Assembly: GCA_035776695.1 (NCBI GenBank)
Contig: DASTWJ010000190.1
Span: 9,724 to 73,723, forward strand
Origin: Bacilli bacterium
GTDB taxonomy: Bacteria; Bacillota; Bacilli; Tumebacillales; Tumebacillaceae
Length of the DNA: 64,000 nucleotides
Reading direction: 5' to 3'
This document shows, in pieces, positions 49,028 through 57,254 of the stretch. The translations under genes were made by a program, and so were the position numbers. Below the pieces are notes generated by a model. The model worked only from the letters and a program-made list of their open reading frames with translations. It searched no databases and had not been told where the DNA came from. Every line of letters begins with the position of its first letter. The stretch's first letter is position 1.

Positions 49028-49597
49028 ATGGGTATGTTTGAAGGCGCAAATATTCTCGTCAGCTCGACAAATTATTCCAACATGGGGCAGATCTATTTCG
49101 AACAAGGCGAACTGTTCGACGTCGTGTTCCCGACTGCATCGAACCTGAACATCGGCGATCCGGTAACCGCCACCGTTTATCATCAGAACGGGATTCTGAC
49201 TTTCCAATCCACCGTGATCGGCACCTTGGAAGACCGCGTGCTGCTGATCAAACCGCATCGCGAAGCAGGTCTGTCCGACCGCCGCGAATACCCGCGTTAC
49301 AACGTGGAACTGACCGCTACCGTCAACATCCCGACCAAGGGCGAAGTCGCCGCGACGGTCAAGGACGTTTCGCTGGGCGGCGCACGCTTCGAATCGGACA
49401 AGTACCTGGAACAGGGGCAGGAAGTCGACGTGCTGATCGACGCGGAGAACAACATCGAAGGCCGCGGCATCATTCGTCGTGTCCAACTCAAGGACGGCAT
49501 CTTCCACTTCGGCATCGAGTTTGTCCAAACGGACGAACTGCGCAAGAACCTGGAAGAATACCTCAAGCGCATCGAAGGCACCGCTTCGATCAACTAG
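49028..49597 (+). CDS. PilZ-domain c-di-GMP receptor (YcgR/MotI-like)
   Basis: RREYPR (RxxxR) and DVSLGG (DxSxxG) intact. Confidence 0.88.
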   Translation: MGMFEGANILVSSTNYSNMGQIYFEQGELFDVVFPTASNLNIGDPVTATVYHQNGILTFQSTVIGTLEDRVLLIKPHREAGLSDRREYPRYNVELTATVNIPTKGEVAATVKDVSLGGARFESDKYLEQGQEVDVLIDAENNIEGRGIIRRVQLKDGIFHFGIEFVQTDELRKNLEEYLKRIEGTASIN

Positions 49598-49619
49598 AGG
49601 GACCTATTTTCACACAGCG

Positions 49620-49656
49620 AAAGCCCCGACCGCTTCTCGGCAGACGGGGCTTTTTT
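49620..49656. terminator. Bidirectional terminator between the PilZ and SDR genes
   Basis: AAAGCCCCG/CGGGGCTTT plus T run. Confidence 0.65.
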
Positions 49657-49671
49657 ACATAGGCAGTCGGT

Positions 49672-50382
49672 TCAATCCCGCTCTTCGTGACGAAGCACGG
49701 ACGTCGCCCCTTTGACTTCCTCGTTCTGGGTCAACAGCCCCCAGACCGCTTCTGCCACCGACTCCGGCTTCAACCCGTCGGGCTTGTCCGTCGCGGGACG
49801 ATCACCAAAATCGGTCTGCGTCAACCCGGGTGCGACCACCGACACGCGAATACCGTGGGACTGCCCTTCTCGACGCAACGACTCGGACAGCCCGATCACG
49901 CCGAATTTGGTCATGCAAAAAGCGGCGGCCTGCGCAATCGCCTCCAGCCCCAGAACGGCCGCGATGTTAACAAGTTGCCCGCCGCCGCGTTTTTTCATGT
50001 GCGTGAAAGCTGTTTTGCAACAATAATACATCGCTTTCAGATTCGTATCGACCATATCATCCACATCGGCGAGGTCGGTATCCTCGATCGAACCGAACGT
50101 ACCGACACCTGCGTTGTTGATCAGCACCTCGATCCGGCCGAACTCATCGGTCGCCACCTCAAACAGGCGCTCCACTTCCAGCGCATCGCGAATGTCACAC
50201 GCGACGGCCAAAAGCTGTTTGCCGGCGCCCATCTCCTCCTGCAGCCGTTCCAAGCCCAATTCTCCTCGAGCTACAGCCACCACGTTCATGCCTTGCAACA
50301 ACAATTTCCTGACGATCTCCCGGCCAATCCCCTTGCTGGCACCCGTAACGATCGCCGTCAGACCTTCGAGCTGGCGAGCCAT
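49672..50382 (-). CDS. SDR family oxidoreductase with atypical active site
   Basis: TGASKGIG and NNAG present; FCMTK instead of YxxxK; NIAA instead of NISS; ATG 50382. Confidence 0.85.
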   Translation of the reverse strand: MARQLEGLTAIVTGASKGIGREIVRKLLLQGMNVVAVARGELGLERLQEEMGAGKQLLAVACDIRDALEVERLFEVATDEFGRIEVLINNAGVGTFGSIEDTDLADVDDMVDTNLKAMYYCCKTAFTHMKKRGGGQLVNIAAVLGLEAIAQAAAFCMTKFGVIGLSESLRREGQSHGIRVSVVAPGLTQTDFGDRPATDKPDGLKPESVAEAVWGLLTQNEEVKGATSVLRHEERD

Positions 50383-50539
50383 CGCGTTGCCTCCATTTCT
50401 CCCCATTCTATCTCCCTATCAGTATACCAAATTACGCCAGTTGTAAGTAAGAGGTCGCAGAATAAAACGACAGATTGAAGACCATACTGAATTCTGTACC
50501 CACGAGTACCAAAATTTGAACATCAGGAGACAACACACC

Positions 50540-50692
50540 ATGAAGCGAACACGCAACGAATGGAAAGCACCGACGCCGGACGCCCCCGCAAAACCACCGG
50601 AGTATCTTCTATATGAATGGTCCAAAGGGTACCTGCCCACAGAGAACCCCAAACCTGACGTACAGGACCTGCCGCTGGAGCCGCTGAAATAA
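50540..50692 (+). CDS. Small proline-rich protein (50 aa), below the ORF track threshold
   Basis: AGGAG RBS; MKRTRNEWKAPTPDAPAKPPEYLLYEWSKGYLPTENPKPDVQDLPLEPLK*. Confidence 0.55.
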   Translation: MKRTRNEWKAPTPDAPAKPPEYLLYEWSKGYLPTENPKPDVQDLPLEPLK

Positions 50693-50763
50693 TTTCCTGA
50701 CATGAACCCGATGCCCCAAGGAAACCGTATAGACATGGCAGAAGGCAAAAAGGAGGTGGCTTC

Positions 50764-50961
50764 ATGGATCGCATTGCGCTGATTCTGGTTATCGTCGGCG
50801 CGCTGAACTGGTTGCTGGTCGGCTTGTTCCAATGGGACTTGGTGGCAGCGCTGTTCGGCGGGTCGGAATCGATTCTTAGCCGAATCGTGTATTCCCTCGT
50901 CGGATTTGCCGGATTGTACGCGATTACTCTGTTGTTTCGAGACCGTCGAGAAGCCAGATAG
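50764..50961 (+). CDS. DUF378 family small membrane protein
   Basis: ALILVIVGALNWLLVGLFQWDLVAALFGG..SRIVYSLVG. Confidence 0.92.
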   Translation: MDRIALILVIVGALNWLLVGLFQWDLVAALFGGSESILSRIVYSLVGFAGLYAITLLFRDRREAR

Positions 50962-50972
50962 CCTTTTGAGTC

Positions 50973-51011
50973 AAACTCCCGACCCGCTGAATGGGGTCTG
51001 GGAGTTTTTTT
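50973..51011 (+). terminator. Terminator after DUF378
   Basis: AAACTCCC...GGGAGTTT plus T run. Confidence 0.7.
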
Positions 51012-51174
51012 ATGCTCGCTCGCGATCGCAGGCGGGCTTTTTTTAGTGAATAAGACCTATGTTAAACAATCTCTGGATTTTTTCTTGTAGAAATTCATAA
51101 AACCCCTTGCCTTTACGCGGATAAAGTTATAAGATTATTATGAAAATAGACAATAAACAGGGAGGTTCTCCAAC

Positions 51175-52677
51175 ATGTTTAAGCGTACTTCTATCGCGAC
51201 TGCCATCGCAGCCGCTATCGTGATGACCGCTGCTCCGGCAGCAATGGCTCAAACCGGCACCCAAGTGCAAACCACTGCGACTTCCGTAACGGCTGTCGAT
51301 TACAAAGGCGCAGCTGACGCGTTCCTGCAAGCGAACGCTGACCAATACGGCCTGCAAGCGGACCTGTCCGACCTCGCATACGTCACCACCATCGACACCA
51401 ACGCAGGTTCCTACGTTCGCTACCAGCAAACGGTAAACGGCGCAGAAGTATTCTACAACCAAGTGACCGTCACCCTGAACAAGTCGGGCAAGGCGATCTT
51501 CGCGGTTTCTGACTACCAACCGGTCACTTCCGTCGAGCAGGCGAAGAGCAAGATCTCGGAAAACGCGGCTGAAGCAAAAGCGAAAGACTACAACAAGGTC
51601 ACCAAGACCAACAAGCTGACTTCCCGCAAGTTCGGCTACACCATCGAAAACGGCGTAGCGGTTCCGACCTACAAGATCACCACTTCCACCGATGATGCAA
51701 CGTGGGAAACCTACGTTCATGCAACCACCGGCAAAGTCCTGAAGAACAAGGACCTGAACCAAAAAGCATCCGGCAACGTCTTCCTGCCGAACCCGGTTGC
51801 AACCGCCGGTACCGCGTCCGGCTTCACCGACAACCGTGACGCTGACACCTCTGCGCTGACCAACCAACTGAAGGCAGTCACCCTGCTGGGTCTGGACGGC
51901 TCCGGCTACCTGCGCGGCACCTACGTAAACCCGACTCAAAAGCGCAAGAACGTATACTCCGCGACCAACACGTTCAACTACACCCGTTCGCAAGACGAGT
52001 TCGAAGCGGTCATGTCCTACTACCACATCGACTCGCTGCAACGTTACATCCAATCTCTGGGCTTCTCTAACGTCAACAACCGTCAGATCACGGTTAACGT
52101 AAACGGCACGACCCAAGACAACTCTTGGTACTCCCCGTCGACCAAGGAACTGACCTTCGGCACCGGCGGCGTCGATGACGCGGAAGATGCGGGCATCATC
52201 GCACACGAATACGGTCACTCTATCCAGGACAACCAAGTTCCGGGCTTCGGCAACACCTTGGAAGGCGGCGCGATGGGCGAAGGCTTCGGCGATTTCCTCG
52301 GCGCGACCTACGAAGATGCTCTTGACGGCGGTCAGTTCAAAGCTTGCATCGGCGAATGGGACGCTACCTCCTACGCATCCGGCAACCCGCCGTGCCTGCG
52401 TTACCTGAACGAAGACAAAGTCATGCCGCAAGACTGGTACGGTGAAGTACATGCGGACGGTGAAATCTGGTCGCAAGCGGAATACGACCTGGCACAAGCG
52501 ATCGGTCGTGACGCAGCTACCCGGATCATCCTGCAATCCCACTTCTCCCTCACCCCGAACTCCGGCTTCGACGATGGCGGCCGTGCAGTTAAGCAAGCTG
52601 ACGTTCTGTTGAACGGTGGCGCAAACGCAGCGGCGATCGACGCAGCGTTCAACGCGCGTGGCATTGCGACCAACTAA
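51175..52677 (+). CDS. Secreted thermolysin-like metallopeptidase (M4/M36) with FTP/PepSY propeptide
   Basis: Signal peptide, VRYQQTVNGAEV propeptide, DNSWYS, AHEYGH, GAMGEGFGD, GEVHADG. Confidence 0.9.
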   Translation: MFKRTSIATAIAAAIVMTAAPAAMAQTGTQVQTTATSVTAVDYKGAADAFLQANADQYGLQADLSDLAYVTTIDTNAGSYVRYQQTVNGAEVFYNQVTVTLNKSGKAIFAVSDYQPVTSVEQAKSKISENAAEAKAKDYNKVTKTNKLTSRKFGYTIENGVAVPTYKITTSTDDATWETYVHATTGKVLKNKDLNQKASGNVFLPNPVATAGTASGFTDNRDADTSALTNQLKAVTLLGLDGSGYLRGTYVNPTQKRKNVYSATNTFNYTRSQDEFEAVMSYYHIDSLQRYIQSLGFSNVNNRQITVNVNGTTQDNSWYSPSTKELTFGTGGVDDAEDAGIIAHEYGHSIQDNQVPGFGNTLEGGAMGEGFGDFLGATYEDALDGGQFKACIGEWDATSYASGNPPCLRYLNEDKVMPQDWYGEVHADGEIWSQAEYDLAQAIGRDAATRIILQSHFSLTPNSGFDDGGRAVKQADVLLNGGANAAAIDAAFNARGIATN

Positions 52678-52697
52678 TCTATCTAAATAGATGTAGG

Positions 52698-52733
52698 AAA
52701 ACCTCCTGTGCGAAAACGCACAGGAGGTTTTTT
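52698..52733 (+). terminator. Terminator of the protease gene
   Basis: AAAACCTCCTGTGCG-aaaa-CGCACAGGAGGTTTT. Confidence 0.8.
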
Positions 52734-52777
52734 TGATGCATGCGGGAAAGAAACTAGTACAGGAGGTGAGACGAGCG

Positions 52778-53932
52778 ATGATACTAACCCGAACCCTCGC
52801 CGAACAGATCGTCGCCAAGACGATGGAAAGCACGCATCTGCGAATCAACGTCATGAACCGCGAAGGGATCATCCTCTCCTCCAGCGACCCCAATCGCGTG
52901 AACACGTTTCACGAAGCTGCTTACCGCGTCGTACAAACGGGTGACACGATGATGATCTCCGCTGAAGAGTCGGCCGGCCTTACCGGCACGCTTCCCGGTC
53001 TGAACATGCCGATCCTCTTCGGAGCGGACGTGGTCGGCGTCATCGGCATATCCGGTCGCCCCGAAGAAGTCGTACCGTTCGGACAAGCGGTGAAAATGAT
53101 GACGGAGATGATGCTGCAACAGGCGTACCTCATGGAACAATTGATCACCGAACAGCGATCACGCGACTACCTCGCCCAAGAACTGATCACCGGGGGGACT
53201 GCCCTCCCCCGCCAAGCCTTGGTCTCGCGAGGCGATCTGCTGGGCATCGACCTGACTCGTCGCCGCTCCGTCATCCTGCTGCAATTGGATGGAGCGGAAG
53301 AGGAGATCGAACGCTGGGAGAAACAGACGCGACCCGTCAAACAGGTGTCCTCCCTGTTCCCCGACCCGCACCAAGTGCTGGTCACCTCCATCCGCCGCGA
53401 TCGATGGCTGATCATCACCGATCTTTCCCAGCAAAAAGACTCCGTGGCGAGCAAGACTTTCCTTTATCAGATCGTCTCGCGGATGGTCGCTCAGTTGAGA
53501 ACGGGACGCCGTCTGCACGCAACCTTTGCGCTCGGCAATGCCTATGACGACCTGCGCGACCTTCCCTTCTCCTTTCGGGAAGCTTCGCGGGTATTGGATA
53601 TTTTGCAACGCTTCCCCAAGCTCGGGCCGGTCAAGCACGTCGACGATGTCGCCCTCGAACTGATGCTCACGGAAATTTCCGACGCCTCGCGTCAGATGAT
53701 CGTTCGCGAGACGCTCGGCCGCTTGCGGCAACACCCGGACTTGCTACAGACGCTGCGTGCCTTCTTCGACCACAATCTGCAGGTCAAACAAGCAGCCGAA
53801 GCGCTGAAGATCCATCGCAACACCTTCCTCTATCGCTTGGAGCGAATCGAACAACTGCTGGGAGTCAACCCACGCGAATTCCAGCAGGCCGTGCGCTTGC
53901 AAGTCGGCTTGATGCTACTCGAAGAGGCTTGA
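52778..53932 (+). CDS. cdaR: CdaR/SdaR (PucR-type) sugar-diacid-responsive activator
   Basis: INVMN..G.I..SSDP.RV..FHEAA, PG.N.PI, C-terminal IHRNT..YRL.RIE HTH; AGGAGG RBS before ATG 52778. Confidence 0.88.
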   Translation: MILTRTLAEQIVAKTMESTHLRINVMNREGIILSSSDPNRVNTFHEAAYRVVQTGDTMMISAEESAGLTGTLPGLNMPILFGADVVGVIGISGRPEEVVPFGQAVKMMTEMMLQQAYLMEQLITEQRSRDYLAQELITGGTALPRQALVSRGDLLGIDLTRRRSVILLQLDGAEEEIERWEKQTRPVKQVSSLFPDPHQVLVTSIRRDRWLIITDLSQQKDSVASKTFLYQIVSRMVAQLRTGRRLHATFALGNAYDDLRDLPFSFREASRVLDILQRFPKLGPVKHVDDVALELMLTEISDASRQMIVRETLGRLRQHPDLLQTLRAFFDHNLQVKQAAEALKIHRNTFLYRLERIEQLLGVNPREFQQAVRLQVGLMLLEEA

Positions 53933-53992
53933 TTGGATACGATGCACAAAAAAGAGTGAGGATCGCACTCTTTTTTTGTTTATGGAACACAA
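53933..53992 (+). promoter_or_regulatory. Two candidate CdaR operator boxes (TTG-N10-ACAA, 17 bp) flanking the cdaR terminator
   Basis: TTGGATACGATGCACAA (53933-53949) and TTGTTTATGGAACACAA (53976-53992); -10 TATACT at 54015-54020 with no good -35. Confidence 0.5.
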
Positions 53993-54037
53993 TGATTTTT
54001 GTCCCTACATTCGGTATACTGTCTGTAAATTCTGTTA

Positions 54038-54051
54038 TGTAAGCGCTAACA
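54038..54051 (+). promoter_or_regulatory. cre site (CcpA binding)
   Basis: TGTAAGCGCTAACA matches TGWAARCGYTWNCW, just downstream of the -10. Confidence 0.8.
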
Positions 54052-54098
54052 CCTCATAGCCTACAACCAAGATGCGTATGAGATAGGAGTAGATCCCG

Positions 54099-55241
54099 AT
54101 GAAAATCGTTGTAGCACCTGATTCCTTCAAAGGCAGCCTCAGCGCACGGGAAGTCGGACTGGCGATTCGCAAAGGGGTGGAGCGAGCCCTGCCCCACGCG
54201 GACATCCCCGTCGTACCGATGGCGGACGGCGGAGAAGGCACGTTGGAATGCCTGATCGATGCGACGGGCGGAACGTGGCGAACAGCCGAGGTACGCAACC
54301 CGCTAGGCGAACTGATCGAGGCTTCCTACGGCCTGTTGGGTGACGGCGTCACCTGTGCCATCGAGATGGCGCAAAGCTCGGGGTTGTACCTGATCGCGCC
54401 GGAACAGCGCGACCCGCTTCGCACCACCACCTATGGGGTCGGCGAGCTGATCCAAGCGGGACTCGACCAAGGATGCCGCCGCTTCCTGCTGGGACTGGGC
54501 GGCAGCGCCACCAACGACGGCGGGGCCGGGATGTTGCAGGCGCTTGGCGTGGAGTTGCTCGATGCACAGGGAGGCGAGATCGGTCAGGGCGGTGGTGAAT
54601 TGTCCAAGCTGAGGGAGATTCGCACCGCCGGACTCGACCCGCGGCTGGCCGACTGCGAATTCCTGATCGCCTGCGATGTCGACAACCCGTTTGTCGGCCC
54701 CAAGGGCGCCTCCCACGTCTTCGGCCCGCAAAAAGGAGCGACGCCGAAGATGGTGCTCGAATTGGATGCGAACCTGCGCCATTTTGCGAACCTGATCGAC
54801 CAAACGGTCGGTGTAGCGATACACGACCTGCCGGGCACAGGCGCGGCGGGTGGCCTGTCCGGTGCCCTGCTGGCGTTTCTCGGCGGCAAGTTGCAGTCGG
54901 GCATCCAACTGGTGATCGAGGCGGTCGGGTTGGAAGAACAGCTTCGCGATGCCGACCTCGTGATCACGGGCGAAGGGCAGATCGACTTCCAAACCGCCCA
55001 CGGCAAAACTCCGAGCGGCGTCGCCCTGCTCGCTCAATCGCACGGCATCCCGACGATCGCCCTCTGCGGGTCGGTCGGTGACGGTATCGACGTGCTGCAT
55101 GAACAAGGCATTGCGGCTGTCTACAGCATCGTGAACCAACCGATGACGTTGGAAGAAGCGATGGCGCGGACAGCGGAACTTTTGACACACACGGCGGAGC
55201 AAGTGATCAGAACCTGCATCATGACAAAGCAGAAAGGGTGA
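54099..55241 (+). CDS. garK: Glycerate kinase
   Basis: KIVVAPDSFKGSL, PMADGGEGT, GLGGSATNDGG, GAAGG, TGEG..D.QT..GK. Confidence 0.95.
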   Translation: MKIVVAPDSFKGSLSAREVGLAIRKGVERALPHADIPVVPMADGGEGTLECLIDATGGTWRTAEVRNPLGELIEASYGLLGDGVTCAIEMAQSSGLYLIAPEQRDPLRTTTYGVGELIQAGLDQGCRRFLLGLGGSATNDGGAGMLQALGVELLDAQGGEIGQGGGELSKLREIRTAGLDPRLADCEFLIACDVDNPFVGPKGASHVFGPQKGATPKMVLELDANLRHFANLIDQTVGVAIHDLPGTGAAGGLSGALLAFLGGKLQSGIQLVIEAVGLEEQLRDADLVITGEGQIDFQTAHGKTPSGVALLAQSHGIPTIALCGSVGDGIDVLHEQGIAAVYSIVNQPMTLEEAMARTAELLTHTAEQVIRTCIMTKQKG

Positions 55242-55248
55242 GAGTATC

Positions 55249-56706
55249 ATGAGTCCGGAAATTGTACAATTGGGCCCGCTGGTGTTGGGGCTGTTGCTAG
55301 TATGCATTTTGTTTATCGTGTTTGCGACGGCGAAGTGGAAGTTGCATCCGTTCCTGTCGATCATCTCGGCCACGTATCTTTTTGCATTGGGCACGAATTT
55401 GATCGGGGAAATGAACGGCGTGGAGAACCCGATTATCGGGGATATCGGAGGGACGATCACCGGAGGATTTGGCGGCATCATTACGTATATCGGTTTGGTG
55501 ATCATCTTCGGTACGCTGATCGGCAAGATCTTGGAGAAGTCGGGGGCGGCGATCAAGATGGCCGACGTCGTGCTGCGTCTGCTCGGCGACCGTCACCCGG
55601 CGCTGGCGATGTCGATCATCGGCTGGATCGTCTCGATCCCGGTGTTCTGCGATTCGGGGTATGTCATCCTCTCCTCGTTGAAAAAATCGCTGGCAAAGAA
55701 AACGGGTGTCAGCGTGGTCACCCTCGGCGTGGCGCTGGCGACCGGCTTGTATGCGACGCACACCCTCGTCCCGCCGACCCCGGGACCGATTGCGGCAGCG
55801 GCGAACGTCGGCATCGGGCCGGATGCGCTGATCTGGGTGATCCTGTTCGGCATCATCGTGTCGATCCCGGTCGCGGCGGCGGGTCACATCTGGGCGCGTC
55901 TCGTCGGTAGCAAGCTGACGTCGGAGTTGCAAGAGGACAGCGAGACATTTGAAGAGTACAAGGCTCGTTTCGGCACCTTGCCGTCCGGTTGGGCGGCGTT
56001 TGCACCGATCCTGTTGCCAATCGTGCTGTTGGCGATCGGTTCCGTGGCCGACTTCCCGGTGGGCGTGGATGTGGATGGGAACAAGGTTCCGTTGATCACG
56101 GGCTTCCTGCATACCCTGTTGACCTTCTTGGGTACGCCGGTGAATGCGTTGTTTATCGGCTTGTTGGTGGCGATCTTCGGGCTGCTGCCGAAGCGCAATG
56201 AGGAAACGCTGACCAAATGGATGGCGGAAGGTCTGCAAGACGCCGCGATGATCCTGTTGATCACCGGCGCAGGCGGTGCGCTGGGCGGCGTGATCAAGGC
56301 GACGCCGATTGCGGATTATGTGAAGACGTTGTTGGAAGGCAATGTGACGGTGGTGGGTGTCACCGGTTTGGTCGTCACCTTCCTGATCGCGGCGCTGCTG
56401 AAGACGGCGCAAGGCAGTTCGACGGCGGCGCTGGTTATTACGTCGACGCTGATGATGCCGCTGCTCCCCTCTCTGGGGCTGGATGCGATGATGGGTTCGG
56501 TGCCGATCGGGCAGATTCTCACCGTCATGGCGATTGGCGCCGGGGCGATGGTGGTCAGCCATGTGAATGACTCGTATTTCTGGGTGGTGACGCAATTCTC
56601 GGGCATGAAGCTGACGACGGCGTATAAGGCGCAGACCTTGGCGACGTTGGTGCAGGGGATTGTGGGAATTGTGACGGTGGTGATTTTGGGGTTGATTTTG
56701 TTGTAA
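55249..56706 (+). CDS. GntP family permease (probable sugar-acid transporter)
   Basis: IPVFCDSG, LVPPTPGP, KTAQGSST, SHVNDSYFWV. Confidence 0.92.
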   Translation: MSPEIVQLGPLVLGLLLVCILFIVFATAKWKLHPFLSIISATYLFALGTNLIGEMNGVENPIIGDIGGTITGGFGGIITYIGLVIIFGTLIGKILEKSGAAIKMADVVLRLLGDRHPALAMSIIGWIVSIPVFCDSGYVILSSLKKSLAKKTGVSVVTLGVALATGLYATHTLVPPTPGPIAAAANVGIGPDALIWVILFGIIVSIPVAAAGHIWARLVGSKLTSELQEDSETFEEYKARFGTLPSGWAAFAPILLPIVLLAIGSVADFPVGVDVDGNKVPLITGFLHTLLTFLGTPVNALFIGLLVAIFGLLPKRNEETLTKWMAEGLQDAAMILLITGAGGALGGVIKATPIADYVKTLLEGNVTVVGVTGLVVTFLIAALLKTAQGSSTAALVITSTLMMPLLPSLGLDAMMGSVPIGQILTVMAIGAGAMVVSHVNDSYFWVVTQFSGMKLTTAYKAQTLATLVQGIVGIVTVVILGLILL

Positions 56707-56846
56707 AGCTTTGAGTGAAAGCAAAAAGTGGAGTCCATACTCGTGGGCTCCTCTCTTCTTTACGTTCGATTCAGCTTCCGCTTCCTCTTGGACTCCATAT
56801 GACCCGAACACACCACCGCTTTCCAAAGCCGTAGCTTACTCATAGG

Positions 56847-56912
56847 TTACCTCACTGCGATTTTATAGATATCGACCATAGCAAGATGAAATTCTTTCTC
56901 AAGATCTGACAT
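56847..56912 (-). pseudogene. 21-codon gene remnant (MSDLEKEFHLAMVDIYKIAVR*)
   Basis: AAAGGA RBS; resembles, from memory, the N-terminus of a roughly 100-aa uncharacterised family (LE..FH.AM..IY..AK). Confidence 0.3.
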
Positions 56913-57254
56913 GAGAGGTTCCTTTCTAGGATTCGACTAAACTCTAGCCCCACATCGCGATACAATTCATACAACGAGATGCCATATTTTATCGGAGCAT
57001 CTATCGTTTGTGCTTGACTATGCCCTCATGCCAATAGTCGACGTGGATCGTATCTCGTTTGAGGCTTTGAACATCATCGGGTCTTCGCGATCGTGTGTAA
57101 CGAGGTCCACGCGTATGAGGTCGCTCGCGACGGGGCAGTCGTTGATGTGGTCATATATGAGTTGGTGCTAGATTGTGTTTCTAGTTCGTATATGGCTATA
57201 ATAAATTGTTCGTGATTTACAAAACATTATCTATTAGATGAAAGGGTGTATTTC

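Noticed and set aside
56707-57240. Direct repeat of the tRNA 3' end (att site)
   Set aside because: Only an 8-nt match (ggattcga near 56929), which is chance level; no integrase in the window
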